In this document: positions 63,429 to 64,000 of the stretch, one piece after another
How positions within the stretch are numbered: position 1 is the first letter of the stretch
How the letters are laid out: every line of letters starts with the position of its first letter
NCBI RefSeq assembly: GCF_006345805.1
Contig: NC_043001.1
Span: 15,562,001 to 15,626,000 of the forward strand
Direction: 5' to 3'
Length of the DNA stretch: 64,000 nt
Origin: Octopus sinensis
Taxonomy: Eukaryota
Notes under the pieces: generated by a model
Seen by the model: the letters and a program-made list of their open reading frames with translations, nothing else
What the model was told of the DNA's origin: nothing
Database searches by the model: none
Position numbers and translations under genes: made by a program

Positions 63429-64000
63429 GTTGAATGAAGTGCTTTGTTCAAGGACAGACAGAATGCGCTGCTCGGTCTACGGATGGAACACGCGGCATTA
63501 AAAGCACTAACCACATTAGGACACGAATCTTCACACACACACAGACAGACAGACACAGAAACGTGTGTGCGTGTGTGTTTATACGCTGTGTATATATGTG
63601 TGTGTATGTGGGAGGTTGATAAGATCAACCCAAAAATAATTAACTTAAGTATTTTAGTAAATATGGAGAGCTTATTAAAATACTTAAATTAGTGGAGTGG
63701 GTGTGTGTGTGTGTGTGTGTACACATATATACAATCACACACGCACACACAGAAGCGGGAAATGGAGGCGCTTGAGATGTGAATTCGAGACGCACCCTAG
63801 ATTAAAACATTACTTTTGTGTGTATGTAAAAAGAGAGGTGAGCCTAGTAGGTTGAGATCTCTCACATGCAATATATTGTGACATAAGAATAAGGAAGAAA
63901 TAAAGGGGAAAAAGCCCCGGGTTTCTCCTACCCCCGCTCGATATAAACTACAATTAAAGAAAGTCTGTCTCTTGTGGGTGGGGTACAACTTAAGGCATTG

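Overview
AT-rich, microsatellite-dense animal genomic DNA. The SINE families and repeat landscape look like an octopus (coleoid cephalopod) genome; this is inferred from recognition, not a database hit. One protein-coding gene is supported: an ETS1/ETS2/Pointed-class transcription factor on the minus strand. Six coding exons can be joined with GT-AG introns: 42483-42364, 40769-40569, 23332-23249, 19967-19755, 17616-17347 and 16249-15906. They give about 410 aa with a MAPK site (PLTP), a PNT/SAM domain and an ETS domain. All five introns are phase 1. The start-codon exon could not be located, though candidate promoter-like motif clusters lie at about 57.6-58.1, 61.75 and 62.9 kb. The rest is introns and flanks filled with at least five SINE families, decayed LINE fragments (CR1/Jockey-like RT, R4/Dong-like endonuclease), a complete non-autonomous Helitron, a Helentron/HINE-like element, MITEs and structured tandem arrays. 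The most interesting observations are: (1) several type I hammerhead-ribozyme-like motifs in the ets introns, including an opposite-polarity pair about 220 nt apart; (2) a GGATC-ended DNA transposon family with 7-bp target-site duplications; (3) a 132-bp higher-order repeat grown out of a SINE's internal minisatellite; (4) a modular, shuffled array at 30.3-31.1 kb. Nearly all other ORFs in the supplied track are repeat artefacts.
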